DNA of 63,964 nt, counting the filler, from Acidimicrobiia bacterium (GTDB taxonomy: Bacteria > Actinomycetota > Acidimicrobiia > Spongiisociales > CAZKJJ01): NCBI GenBank assembly GCA_046759765.1. It is 3 parts of 3 records of this genome, joined end to end, with 100 filler letters (N's around TTAATTAATTAA, not from the genome) between each part and the next. Parts side by side here need not be neighbours in the genome. Positions count along the whole stretch, not along the records: positions 27,140 to 53,923 come from JBHICV010000019.1; 2 more parts are not named here. One strand, written 5' to 3'. Position 1 is the stretch's first letter. Every line of letters begins with the position of its first letter. Positions 36,725-46,422 of the stretch are shown piece after piece. Made by a program: the position numbers and the translations under genes. The notes below the pieces were generated by a model, which worked only from the letters and a program-made list of their open reading frames with translations, did not search any database and was not told the DNA's origin.

Positions 36725-37660
36725 CTACGGAGGCGCCTCCCGAAGAGGAGGCGGTGCCGGCTTCGGGCTCCGGGCCGCCGCCGTCACTATTACGAACACG
36801 GCTGTGACGATGAGCGCTCCCCCCAAGACGAGACGTGCGTCAAGCGGCTCGTTTCTGAGCGCCGTGCCCAGCATGACTGCAATCACCGGGTTTACGTAGG
36901 CGTAGGTCGAGACGAGAGAGGTTGGAGCTGCGCCAAGAACCCAGATGTAGGCCGGGAACGCGATCATCGAGCTGACTACCACCAGGTAGAAGAAGGCGAC
37001 GACCGAGGACGTGGAGAACTCTCCCAACTGGACGTCCTCTACCTCTCCGACCATAACGCCCAACAAGAGCATCAAGGCGCCGCCGGCGAGCATCTGCATT
37101 GACACTGCCAGGAGCGTGCTTGAGGGAGCCTCCAGTCGCGGGGAAAGGATGGAGCCGGCGGCCCAGGCGATGGATGCGATTAGTACGACAGACACGGCCA
37201 GAAGGCTCGCCCCCTCGGCCGGCCGGCCGACCAAAACCACCACGCCGACGAAACCCACGCCGATCCCGATCCACTCGGCTCTGCTTGTCCTGGTGGAGAA
37301 GAAGACACTCGCGCCGAGCACCATCCAGAACGGGACTGTGGCGATAAGAAGAGACGCCAGACCGGACGGAACGGTCTGTTCGGCGACGGAGAGAACGCCG
37401 TTCGCTCCGACGAGAAGCCCCCCGACAACGAGTGCGCTTCGCCAATGGATGGCCTTCGGAGCCTCGTCGGCGCGCCATCGGACGAGCAGGTAGAGGAGAG
37501 CTCCGGCGAGAACGAAGCGGGCGCCGGAGGAGAGCAGAGGCGGAATCGTCTCGACCGTTACGGCGATGGCGAGGTAGGTAGAGCCCCACACGACGTAGAT
37601 CGTTCCGAGTGCGAGCCATACCCGCGCGCCAGGCGTGTTGGTGGTGGGAGGGCCCGACAT
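36725..37660 (-). CDS. EamA family transporter (YedA-like)
   Basis: YVVWGSTYLAI, STYAYVNPVIAV. Confidence 0.92.
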   Translation of the reverse strand: MSGPPTTNTPGARVWLALGTIYVVWGSTYLAIAVTVETIPPLLSSGARFVLAGALLYLLVRWRADEAPKAIHWRSALVVGGLLVGANGVLSVAEQTVPSGLASLLIATVPFWMVLGASVFFSTRTSRAEWIGIGVGFVGVVVLVGRPAEGASLLAVSVVLIASIAWAAGSILSPRLEAPSSTLLAVSMQMLAGGALMLLLGVMVGEVEDVQLGEFSTSSVVAFFYLVVVSSMIAFPAYIWVLGAAPTSLVSTYAYVNPVIAVMLGTALRNEPLDARLVLGGALIVTAVFVIVTAAARSPKPAPPPLREAPP

Positions 37661-37693
37661 CAGAAGGGCGGGACTCTACCGGCTCCCCGAACC

Positions 37694-37802
37694 ATTCCTG
37701 TGACGCTCACCTACCTATACGGTCTTCAGACGCCACAAGAACCAAACGCCCCCGTTCTTGTGACGCTCAACTACCTATACGGTCTTGGAACGACACACGA
37801 AC
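37694..37802. repeat. Tandem pair of 49-bp subfamily A elements (60-bp period)
   Basis: 37694-37742 and 37754-37802; reverse complement of the 24421-24529 pair. Confidence 0.92.
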
Positions 37803-37804
37803 GC

Positions 37805-38707
37805 TTACGCGCGCTGCCGATACTGGTGCAGTGCACTGCTCGCCCGCAGGAAGCCATCGGTGGTCGCGGGCGCCGTTCGGATCATCACCTCATCAGCCGC
37901 GGCTTCATCGAAGCCGGCTAGCAGCTCGGCTAGATCACTGCTCGATGCGTCGACGTAACGCTCCACCCTTGGCGGCTCATCCGAAAGATCTGGATACCAC
38001 ACCACCAGCTCGGCGGTGGCGGCGATCGTCGCCGGGTCTCTCTCCGCGTCCTCGCACGCCTTCTTCAGAAGACCACGTTTGTCTTCGAACTCGTTCGGGG
38101 CGCTGACGTCCCCGCTATTCCACATATCCGCGTGGCGGGCAGCCAGACCGAGCATCCGCTGACCGGTAGAACCGACCAGAATCTTCGGGCCCTGGGGACT
38201 TGGGCCACGCGGAGTGATCACGCAGTTCCTGGCTTGGTAGAAGGCGCCATCGAAGTCGACCTTCCCGTCTCGGAGGAGCGGAGCGATGATCTCGATGGCT
38301 TCCTCAAATCGGGAAACGCGGTGGTCCCATGGGAATCCGAACGCATCGAACTCCGGGCGATTCCATCCCGCGCCGAGACCGAGAGTGAAGCGGCCTCCCG
38401 AGACCTCGTCCAAGGTCGCCGCCATTTTGGCCAGCAGCGTTGGGCTTCGGAACTGCGTACAAACCACCAGGGCACCTATCCCGACGGTGGTGGTGGCCTC
38501 AGCCAGAGCCGCGAGCATCGTCCAGCACCCCCAGATTCCCAGGGTTGACTCGTCGTCCCGATAGAGAAGATGGTCGTATAGCCAGATGCCGTCCCAACCG
38601 TTGGCTTCGGCAGCTAAGGCCCGAGCGCGAATCTCTGAGTAGCGCGGTGCCGAACCAGGGCCGACTTCCCTGCGGTCGGAGAGCATCACGACGAAGGAGA
38701 CCCGCAC
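37805..38707 (-). CDS. LLM class flavin/F420-dependent oxidoreductase
   Basis: WLYDH, LAKMAATLDEVSGGRFTLGLGAGW, ADMWN. Confidence 0.92.
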   Translation of the reverse strand: MRVSFVVMLSDRREVGPGSAPRYSEIRARALAAEANGWDGIWLYDHLLYRDDESTLGIWGCWTMLAALAEATTTVGIGALVVCTQFRSPTLLAKMAATLDEVSGGRFTLGLGAGWNRPEFDAFGFPWDHRVSRFEEAIEIIAPLLRDGKVDFDGAFYQARNCVITPRGPSPQGPKILVGSTGQRMLGLAARHADMWNSGDVSAPNEFEDKRGLLKKACEDAERDPATIAATAELVVWYPDLSDEPPRVERYVDASSSDLAELLAGFDEAAADEVMIRTAPATTDGFLRASSALHQYRQRA

Positions 38708-38752
38708 GGCACCGGACAGTACCGTCGCTGGGTTCAGACCGAGCTTCCAGGC

Positions 38753-38974
38753 CTAGTCCGTCCGCACCCAGTCGATATGGTCGAGGTCGACGTCACTCCA
38801 CGCGGCTCCGGCCAGCAGCCTGACCTCACCCGGTTCGGACAGCTCGCCGCCGTCCCGCTCCAGGACTGCGGTGTGCCCGTGCAGAACGAGGCTCTCGCCT
38901 GGTGTGGTCGCCAGGGTTACCTCAATCGATCCATCGAATTGGCTCAGATATTGGATCAGCTCGGCAGCCGTCAT
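38753..38974 (-). CDS. Small hypothetical protein (73 aa)
   Basis: GGAGG RBS; MTAAELIQYLSQFD N-terminus. Confidence 0.65.
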   Translation of the reverse strand: MTAAELIQYLSQFDGSIEVTLATTPGESLVLHGHTAVLERDGGELSEPGEVRLLAGAAWSDVDLDHIDWVRTD

Positions 38975-39084
38975 CAAACCTCCCCCAAGAGGGTCACTCC
39001 CGGCGGGGAGTCTGGCACGTCGTGTCGGCCTCAGCTCGCGAAACCGAGACTTATTTTCAAAAGGTGCAGGCTGGGAAGGTTGCC

Positions 39085-40266
39085 CTAGAGGACGTCCTTC
39101 AACGCCCGGGCTAGAAGCTCGTACTGGGCTGGTTCGTTGTAGAGCTGGGCCGAGATCCTGACCAGACGCTTGGGCCACGCAGGCCAAGGGACCAGAGGAA
39201 CTTCGATCCGCCAGCGGGAGAGGAGATCGTCCTGAAGCGGATCGCCGTAGAGCGACGACTCCGGCGGATCCGCGTCTTCGGCATCAGGAAGAGGCACGCT
39301 CGCCATCGAGCCGATCATCTCGTCCGGAGCCGGATCCTCGACGCCCAGGGACTGGGTAACGATGTCACGGCCAGCCAAGGCGAGTGTCCGGTTAGTGTCC
39401 ATCACTTCCGCCCAGCCGCCGGGTACCAAGTCACTCATGAAGTCGAGCGCGGCGGGTACGGCCAGCATCGGCGTGGGATCACCTGTTCCGGTCCAGTCGA
39501 ACAGGAGCCGAAATCGGGAGCGGTCCTTGCGCGGCGAGTTCGCTCCGTGGCTTATCGCGGTCGGGACAATGCGGTCCTGGAGATCTGGTCGGACGTGCAA
39601 GAACCCGGCTCCCTTGGGGGCGCATAGCCACTTGTGGCAGTTGCCGGTGTAGTAGGTGGCATTGATCTTGGAGATCTCCACGGGGACCATTCCCGCGGCG
39701 TGAGCTCCGTCGACGAGCGTGTCGATACCGCGTTCGGCCAGCTCAGCGACGATGCGCTCGATCGGGAATATCAGCCCTGTGGGACTGGCGACGTGATCGA
39801 TCAGCGCCAGGCGGGTTTGGGGGCCCGCGGCCTCGAGGATGCTGTTCAGGACCTGATCGGGGGACTCAAGCGGGAACGGGACTCGGGCGACGACCACCTC
39901 AGCGCCGCTTCGCGCGGCCACGTACTCGAGGGCGTTGCGACACGCGTTGTAGGCGTGATCGGTAGTAACTAATTCGTCGCCGGGCCCGAACTCGAGGGAG
40001 CGAAGAACTGCATTCACTCCTGCTGTGGCATTGGGCACCCAGACCAGGTCAACCGGATCGGCTCCGAGAAAGGAGGCCAGCCGCGCCAGAGCCGAGTCCA
40101 GATGGCCTTCGATTCTTCGCACAAAAAAGTCCACCGGCTGAAATTCCATTTCCGACCGCCAGCGTGATTGCTCGTCGAGCACAGGCCGCGGGCAGGCCCC
40201 GAAGGAGCCGTGGTTGAGGAAGACCAGGTCGGGGTCGAGATCCCAGTGTTCAGCCAACGTTGTCAC
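39085..40266 (-). CDS. Class V PLP enzyme (isopenicillin-N-epimerase / C-S lyase-like)
   Basis: FLNHGSFGACP, NAT, DGAH, GNCHKWLCAPKG, WTGTGD. Confidence 0.9.
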   Translation of the reverse strand: MTTLAEHWDLDPDLVFLNHGSFGACPRPVLDEQSRWRSEMEFQPVDFFVRRIEGHLDSALARLASFLGADPVDLVWVPNATAGVNAVLRSLEFGPGDELVTTDHAYNACRNALEYVAARSGAEVVVARVPFPLESPDQVLNSILEAAGPQTRLALIDHVASPTGLIFPIERIVAELAERGIDTLVDGAHAAGMVPVEISKINATYYTGNCHKWLCAPKGAGFLHVRPDLQDRIVPTAISHGANSPRKDRSRFRLLFDWTGTGDPTPMLAVPAALDFMSDLVPGGWAEVMDTNRTLALAGRDIVTQSLGVEDPAPDEMIGSMASVPLPDAEDADPPESSLYGDPLQDDLLSRWRIEVPLVPWPAWPKRLVRISAQLYNEPAQYELLARALKDVL

Positions 40267-40305
40267 GGGCTGATGGTTAGCAGGACCGGCCCGAGCGTGT
40301 TGGGC

Positions 40306-41649
40306 CTAACCCTCCTCGACCGGCTCTCCGACGTGCCCTACGAAGAGGAGCTCTCCCGTGCCGTCGTGTTGGATCAGGAAGATGAAGGGGCGGTCGAGGG
40401 TGAGCGCCGCTTGTGGAAAAGCAGCCGTGAGGCCCATCACCACCCCGGTGGCAGCCGCCGCCTCGGTGCCCTCTTCGTCCACTGCGACGAAGGCCTCATG
40501 AACGACGTCCTGGATGTAGAGCTCGGGTGGGGGAGGCGTGATTCCCGTGAAGTCTGCCGTGCCAAGACCTGGGGGTGGTGCGAAGGATGCTTCCATTCCA
40601 AGACCCGTGAGGATTTCCTTCATCGCCAGCGACGACCGGAAGGAGAACCTAGGCATTTCGAGGTCGACGTCGTGGACCAAAAGGCTGCCGCGCACCTCGG
40701 CCAACAGTTCCGAACCGAGATCGAAGCCCTCGAAGTCTTCGGGCAGGATCACGAGCATCGAGGCCGGGCCGGCGTACCGCAGGCGCACCGCCTGGTAGCC
40801 GGCGCCCTGGGCGTAGTCGACCCTGGCGTTCTGCTTCATCATCGGTACTGAAACCGTCCGGCTATCCCGTGTCGTGAACTGACCGTCAAACGTGTTCCCT
40901 CCGTCGAATGGGGATAGCCAGCTCGCTTTGAAGTAGACCGCGTTGACTAGGACTAGCCGAGTGAGAGTGCTGATCAATCCCTGCGGGATCAGGTCTTCGA
41001 TTCGTCCCTCCGTGTCGATCGACACGGATTCGTTGATGGCCAGCCGCGCTCCTTCCGGATCGCCGGCGAAGTTCACGAGGTTCATTCCCGCGTCGTAGTG
41101 GAGGGCCAGAAGCTCGAGAAAGGCCGGTACAAAGTCGTATCCGTGCTGGCCCCACAGGCTATTGACGCTCCGAAACACGAATGGATCCCAATCGCCGGGC
41201 GGCAGCTCGGGTCCGGGGTCTCCGAGCCGGAGGTTCAACTCATTGCGGCCTGGATGGACGCGGTCGTCGGTCAGCCCGAGCTGAAGTATCTCCCTCATTT
41301 CGCTGGCTGTCTCGCCATGAGCACCCGCGTAGGTCATCGTGAGTGCTTCCGCCGCGCTGTAAGGAGAGAGGAAGACGTTGAGTTCATCCCGAACTGCCCC
41401 ATAGAGCTCGAGTGCAAAGTCGGTGTTCCCCGCCACCAGGTCGGAAAGCTCTACATCGGTTACGTCGGTTGACGTGATGCGGGGGAGATCAGCCTTCATT
41501 ACCTGAGGGCCGCCCAGAGGGTCAGGTGTCGGCAAGCTAGATGTCGCCGTCGGCTGTGTTGAGGGGGGCGACGGTGGGGCCCCTTCGGGCGGCACGGCGC
41601 ACGACAGGAGCGCGACAAATGCGACGACCCCGGTGGCCAGAACTCTCAC
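40306..41649 (-). CDS. Serpin, predicted lipoprotein
   Basis: Lipobox LLSC; NVFLSPYS, LVNAVYFKASW, VDEEGTEAAAAT, DRPFIFLI. Confidence 0.95.
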   Translation of the reverse strand: MRVLATGVVAFVALLSCAVPPEGAPPSPPSTQPTATSSLPTPDPLGGPQVMKADLPRITSTDVTDVELSDLVAGNTDFALELYGAVRDELNVFLSPYSAAEALTMTYAGAHGETASEMREILQLGLTDDRVHPGRNELNLRLGDPGPELPPGDWDPFVFRSVNSLWGQHGYDFVPAFLELLALHYDAGMNLVNFAGDPEGARLAINESVSIDTEGRIEDLIPQGLISTLTRLVLVNAVYFKASWLSPFDGGNTFDGQFTTRDSRTVSVPMMKQNARVDYAQGAGYQAVRLRYAGPASMLVILPEDFEGFDLGSELLAEVRGSLLVHDVDLEMPRFSFRSSLAMKEILTGLGMEASFAPPPGLGTADFTGITPPPPELYIQDVVHEAFVAVDEEGTEAAAATGVVMGLTAAFPQAALTLDRPFIFLIQHDGTGELLFVGHVGEPVEEG

Positions 41650-41700
41650 AACAGTGAGACGGGCCAGGGTTTGCTCTTGGTTCCCGCTACGGCTGTAGGT

Positions 41701-42081
41701 CTACGAGAAGAAGTCGTTCACGGCCTGCGTGTCGTCGGCGAAGCTCCACCGGTGGGTGATCTTCCCTTCGTCGTCGACGTGGTGGATCTCGACGGTCTTG
41801 TAGTTGAAGATGTCGTCGCCCTTCTTGCCGACCGCTTCGGTCAGTGCGACCAAGTGCTCGTCGTTGGCCAGGACGTCGTGCACGCTGGCGGTGATCTCCC
41901 ATTTGCCCATCTGCTTCTCGAAATGGGCGAGGAGGTTCTCTTTGCCTCTGATCGGCTGCGACCCGCCAACTTCCCACCACTCGACGTCGTCGGCCAGTGA
42001 GTCGATGAAGGGCTGGAAGTTTCCCTTCTCCATATCGTCCGCCATGCGCCGATACCGCTGCGCGTGTGGATGTTCTCCCAT
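41701..42081 (-). CDS. SnoaL/NTF2-like protein
   Basis: LADDVEW, HDVLANDEH, GKI..W. Confidence 0.85.
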   Translation of the reverse strand: MGEHPHAQRYRRMADDMEKGNFQPFIDSLADDVEWWEVGGSQPIRGKENLLAHFEKQMGKWEITASVHDVLANDEHLVALTEAVGKKGDDIFNYKTVEIHHVDDEGKITHRWSFADDTQAVNDFFS

Positions 42082-42158
42082 GTGCCTCCCTCTCTACGAT
42101 CGACCAAACGATAACTGTTGTGGGTGATGCCTAACCCCTGCTTGCGAGAATCAGACGA

Positions 42159-43070
42159 ATGGTCGAGGTCACCAACCCCACCAAAGTGATCTTCCCCGAA
42201 GCCGGCCTCACCAAGGCCGACCTGGTCGGTCACTACCGGCAAGTGGCCGAGAGGATGGTGCCGCAGGTGGCCGGCCGGCCCCTGACGTTGCAGCGGTTTC
42301 CCAACGGTGTCGGGGAGTCCGGTTTCATGCAGAAGAATGCTTCCGAGTACTTCCCCGAATTCATCGAGCGGATCACCGTCCGCAAGAGCGAAGGCACGGT
42401 CACCCACCCTGTGGTGAGAGATCCCGAGGGCCTCGCCTATTTGGCCAACCAGGCGACCGTCACATTCCACGTATGGACTTCGACCGTCGACGATCTCATG
42501 CGTCCGAACCGGGTGATTTTCGACCTCGACCCGCCTGAAGGCGACGTTGATGCAGCTCGGTTCGCGGCCCGCGCGGTGGGCGAGCAGCTCGACGTTTTGG
42601 GGCTGGCGGCCTTTCCGATGACCACCGGTTCGAAGGGATACCACGTCGTAGCGCCATTGCTACCGCAGGTGGAGATCTGGAAGGTCGACGAGTTCAGTCA
42701 GGGCTTCGCCGCGCTCCTGGCGGCCCGCCACCCCAATCGCCTGACGCTCGAGTTCCGCAAGCGGGAGCGGCGCGGGCGGGTCTTCTTGGACTGGCTCCGT
42801 AATCGCTACTCCGCTACGAGCGTTGCTCCCTGGTCGCTCAGGCCACGGCCCGACGCGCCCGTGTCGGTGCCGATCTCATGGGATGAGCTCGACGAGATGG
42901 CCCCCGACCATTGGAAGCTCCCTGGAGTTTTCAAGCGACTGGCCCAGCCGGATCCGTGGCAAGGGCTCGAGGAGGCGGCCGTCGACCTTCGGCCGGCTGC
43001 GGAAGCCGTGGCCGAGCTCGTGGCGGAGGCCGGTATCACCCTGGAGACATTCGACCGCTTCCGAAGCTGA
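42159..43070 (+). CDS. Stand-alone LigD-type primase-polymerase
   Basis: TKADL..HY, RFPNG, FDLDP, TTGSKGYH, FLDW.RN, APWSLR. Confidence 0.92.
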   Translation: MVEVTNPTKVIFPEAGLTKADLVGHYRQVAERMVPQVAGRPLTLQRFPNGVGESGFMQKNASEYFPEFIERITVRKSEGTVTHPVVRDPEGLAYLANQATVTFHVWTSTVDDLMRPNRVIFDLDPPEGDVDAARFAARAVGEQLDVLGLAAFPMTTGSKGYHVVAPLLPQVEIWKVDEFSQGFAALLAARHPNRLTLEFRKRERRGRVFLDWLRNRYSATSVAPWSLRPRPDAPVSVPISWDELDEMAPDHWKLPGVFKRLAQPDPWQGLEEAAVDLRPAAEAVAELVAEAGITLETFDRFRS

Positions 43071-43080
43071 GCCTTGTTGC

Positions 43081-43129
43081 GTTCCTGTCAGTCGACGCGT
43101 CGGAAACCGACGCGGGCATTGACACGAAC
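43081..43129. repeat. 49-bp REP-like element, subfamily B
   Basis: GTTCCTGTCAGT..ATTGACACGAAC between convergent genes. Confidence 0.9.
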
Positions 43130-43135
43130 CGGCGG

Positions 43136-44644
43136 TCACCCGCCTTTGCGTAGCGCCCGGACCGCGTCGATCGTGTCTGTCTCATCCGCCGCCTTGTCGT
43201 CGCGGTAGCGCTTGACTCGGGCGAAGCGAAGTGCGACCCCGCCCGGATACCGAGGGCTGCCCTGCACCCCGTCAAAAGCAACCTCAACAACCTGCTCCGG
43301 GCGGACATAAACGACCCTGCCGTCCTCGCGCTCCTTGAGCTGGAGAAATCGCTCCGTCTGCCACGCCAGCATCTCGTCCGTCAGACCCTTGAAGGTCTTA
43401 CCGAGCATGACGAAGCCACCGGTGGTCGGGTCACGCGCACCCAAATGGAGGTTGGAGAGCCAACCTTCGCGTCGACCGGAGCCCCACTCGACACCAAGAA
43501 CGACGAGATCCAGCGTGTGGGCAGGCTTCACCTTGAGCCACGCGGCACCCCTTCTGCCCGCCTGGTAGGGAGCGTCGAGGTCCTTCACCATCACTCCTTC
43601 CTGTCCCTGGGCCAACGCGTCGTCATAGAAGTCTTTGGCCTCTTCCGGGTCGTCCGTGGCGAGTCGACTAACGACCAGGTCTCCGGCGACCGCCGCCAGC
43701 TCACTGAACCTCTCCCTGGAAGGCAGATCGATGAGATCACGACCATCTAGGTGCAGGCAGTCGAAGAACACCCCTACCAGGCCGCCACCTGATTCCTGCT
43801 GGGCGAACCGACTGATTGTGTCCTGAAACGCTTCTGGGGTTCCGTCGCTAAAGAAGGACATGGCCTCACCGTCCAAGATCAGACTCTCTGCTTTCAGCTC
43901 TCGAACGGCTTCTGCCAGCTCGGGGACGGAATTGGTGATGTCCCGCAGGTTGCGCGTGTAGACGGCCACTCGATCGCCGTGCCGATGAACCTGGACGCGA
44001 GCTCCGTCATACTTGGCCTCCACCGAAGCGGCCCCGATCTTCGACAGTGCCTCCTCGACGGACCCGGCGGTCTGGGCCAGCATCGGCTTGATCGGAACGA
44101 ACAGAGTGAGCCGGAATCGGGCCAACGCGGTTTCTCCTTGTCGCAACGCGGCCGCGCCGGCTTGCGGGAGGCTCCCAGAGAGCATCAGGGCTCGGCGCAC
44201 GGCGGTCGCGGAGGCTCCGGACGCGGAGGCGATGGCCTCGACCATCACCCCTTCCAGAGCGCCTTGTCTCAGCTCACCGAGTATGAGCCCGCGGAAAAAT
44301 GCTTGCTCGGGTTCGGTGGCGCGCCCGAGCAGTTCCTCGAGTAGCTCGGCACGTCGGCTCTTGGACCCCGGTCCTCCGACACGCGTGAGCTGCTGGAAGG
44401 CGTCGTCTACCACTGTCAAGGTCAAGGTGGGCCGGCCCGCCGCCGGAACAGCTGTGTCGTAGAGCGTGCGGTAGCCGACCCCGAGCCGACCTTGTCGTGG
44501 CTCTCCGGCCAGGAAAGACACGCCGATCTCGATCTCAGAGTCGTCCAGCTGTTCGAGCCGAGAGGCCAACAGTTCGATTTTGGCCTTCCTTGACCGCGTG
44601 TCCCGCACCGCATCCCAGGTATCAACGAGCTCGGCCAACAGCAT
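43136..44644 (-). CDS. ligB: ATP-dependent DNA ligase (LigB type)
   Basis: PMLA, EAKYDG, LDGEA, EGVMVK, WLKVK, ALRFARV. Confidence 0.93.
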   Translation of the reverse strand: MLLAELVDTWDAVRDTRSRKAKIELLASRLEQLDDSEIEIGVSFLAGEPRQGRLGVGYRTLYDTAVPAAGRPTLTLTVVDDAFQQLTRVGGPGSKSRRAELLEELLGRATEPEQAFFRGLILGELRQGALEGVMVEAIASASGASATAVRRALMLSGSLPQAGAAALRQGETALARFRLTLFVPIKPMLAQTAGSVEEALSKIGAASVEAKYDGARVQVHRHGDRVAVYTRNLRDITNSVPELAEAVRELKAESLILDGEAMSFFSDGTPEAFQDTISRFAQQESGGGLVGVFFDCLHLDGRDLIDLPSRERFSELAAVAGDLVVSRLATDDPEEAKDFYDDALAQGQEGVMVKDLDAPYQAGRRGAAWLKVKPAHTLDLVVLGVEWGSGRREGWLSNLHLGARDPTTGGFVMLGKTFKGLTDEMLAWQTERFLQLKEREDGRVVYVRPEQVVEVAFDGVQGSPRYPGGVALRFARVKRYRDDKAADETDTIDAVRALRKGG

Positions 44645-44722
44645 GTAGGAAACGTAGCGAGTAGGCCAGGCTTCGCTAAACGGTCCGGTGGGTCGGGATC
44701 GGGCAGGTAACGTAAGCCGGCT

Positions 44723-45649
44723 GTGCCCACGCCACTCGTTGAAGCTCGTCAGCTCACCAAACGGTTCGAGGATCTCACCGCAGTCGACGCGATCGACTTC
44801 GTCGTGAACCATGGCGAGGCATTTGGATTCCTGGGTCCCAACGGAGCCGGGAAGACATCGACGATGCGGATGATTGGGGCTACCTCACCGGTCACCGAGG
44901 GCTACTTGGAAGTGCTAGGGATGGATCCTGCCACACAGGGCCGGCCGATCCGGGCCCGGCTGGGCGTCGTGCCCCAGGAGAACAATCTCGACACGGAATT
45001 GACCGTCTTCGAGAACCTCTATGTGTACGGCCGCTACTTCGATCTCCCCGGAAAAATCATTCGGGAACGCGCTGAGGAGCTCCTGCAGTTCGTGCAGCTG
45101 TCAGAACGCAGCGACGACCGGGTCGAACCGCTGTCCTCAGGCATGAAGCGCCGCCTGATCATTGCGAGAGCCCTCATCAACGATCCCGACGTTCTGATCC
45201 TGGACGAGCCGACCACCGGTCTCGATCCGCAGGCCCGCCATGCGCTCTGGGATCGGCTCTACAGGCTCAAGCAGCGGGGAGTCACGCTCATCATTACCAC
45301 TCATTACATGGAGGAGGCTGAGCAGCTCTGCGACCGACTCGTGGTTATGGACAAGGCGAAGATCGTGGCCGAAGGTTCACCTCGGGAGCTGATCGCGACC
45401 TACTCGCCGCGCGAGGTAGTCGAGTTGCGTTTCGTGCCCGGGGAGCAGGAGGAAGCCATCGCGCAGCTCGACGGCATCGCCAAGCGGGTTGAGGTGCTTC
45501 CCGACCGCGTTCTTCTCTATACCGACGACGCCGACCAAACCACGCTCGATTTGCATGAGCGCGGGATCTTCCCCGAGGCGCTGCTCGCACGTCGCAGCAC
45601 GCTCGAGGATGTCTTTCTCCGCCTGACCGGCAGGACGCTGGTCGACTGA
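44723..45649 (+). CDS. ABC transporter ATP-binding protein (NodI/DrrA-like)
   Basis: GPNGAGKT, LSSGM, LDEPT. Confidence 0.95.
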   Translation: MPTPLVEARQLTKRFEDLTAVDAIDFVVNHGEAFGFLGPNGAGKTSTMRMIGATSPVTEGYLEVLGMDPATQGRPIRARLGVVPQENNLDTELTVFENLYVYGRYFDLPGKIIRERAEELLQFVQLSERSDDRVEPLSSGMKRRLIIARALINDPDVLILDEPTTGLDPQARHALWDRLYRLKQRGVTLIITTHYMEEAEQLCDRLVVMDKAKIVAEGSPRELIATYSPREVVELRFVPGEQEEAIAQLDGIAKRVEVLPDRVLLYTDDADQTTLDLHERGIFPEALLARRSTLEDVFLRLTGRTLVD

Positions 45650-46422
45650 TGGCCACTCCACTCGTGCTCAGGGTGGCCGAGGGCGACGCCCGTCGATATC
45701 GGCGGTCATGGCGGGGAAGTGTGATCACCAGCTTCGTCAATCCGGCGCTGTACCTGGTGGCGATGGGCCTGGGCCTGGGGACGTTGGTCGATGCGGGTCC
45801 GGCGGGGTTTGCGGACATCACGTATCTCGAGTTCCTGGCGCCAGGCTTGCTGGCCGCAACCGCGATGCAGACCGGCGTGGGGGACGGATCTTGGCCCGTC
45901 CTGGCCGGTCACAAATGGCTGAAGACCTACTACGCGACGCTCGCGACTCCTATAACCGTCCACGGCCTGGCCACCGGACACCTCGTTTGGGTCGGAGTTC
46001 GCGTGGCGTTCGTTTCGCTCGTGTTCGTTGGGATGATGGCCCTCTTCGGTGCCACCAGCGTGTGGCTGGGATTGCTAGCTCTCTTTCCCGCGCTGCTGAC
46101 AGGGCTCGCCTTCGCCGCCCCTGCGTCCGCGTACGCGGCTTGGCTCGACGACGCACCCGGTTTGGCCACATTGTTCCGTTTCGGAGTCGTTCCCATGTTC
46201 CTCTTCTCCGGGACCTTCTTTCCGATCACCCAGCTCCCCGCGTGGCTACAGCCGCTGGCATACGTCACGCCTCTATGGCACGGCGTTGCCTTGTGTAGGG
46301 CGATCGCGCTCCAGGTGGAGCCGCCCCTCGCCTGGGGAGTACACGTCGCATACCTGCTGATGTGGGTCGTTGTCGGCCTCGGGCTGGCGTTCTTCTTCTT
46401 CCGTCGGAGGCTGGTCCATTGA
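45649..46422 (+). CDS. ABC-2 permease
   Basis: YLEFLAPG, FSGTFFP..LP. Confidence 0.92.
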   Translation: MATPLVLRVAEGDARRYRRSWRGSVITSFVNPALYLVAMGLGLGTLVDAGPAGFADITYLEFLAPGLLAATAMQTGVGDGSWPVLAGHKWLKTYYATLATPITVHGLATGHLVWVGVRVAFVSLVFVGMMALFGATSVWLGLLALFPALLTGLAFAAPASAYAAWLDDAPGLATLFRFGVVPMFLFSGTFFPITQLPAWLQPLAYVTPLWHGVALCRAIALQVEPPLAWGVHVAYLLMWVVVGLGLAFFFFRRRLVH

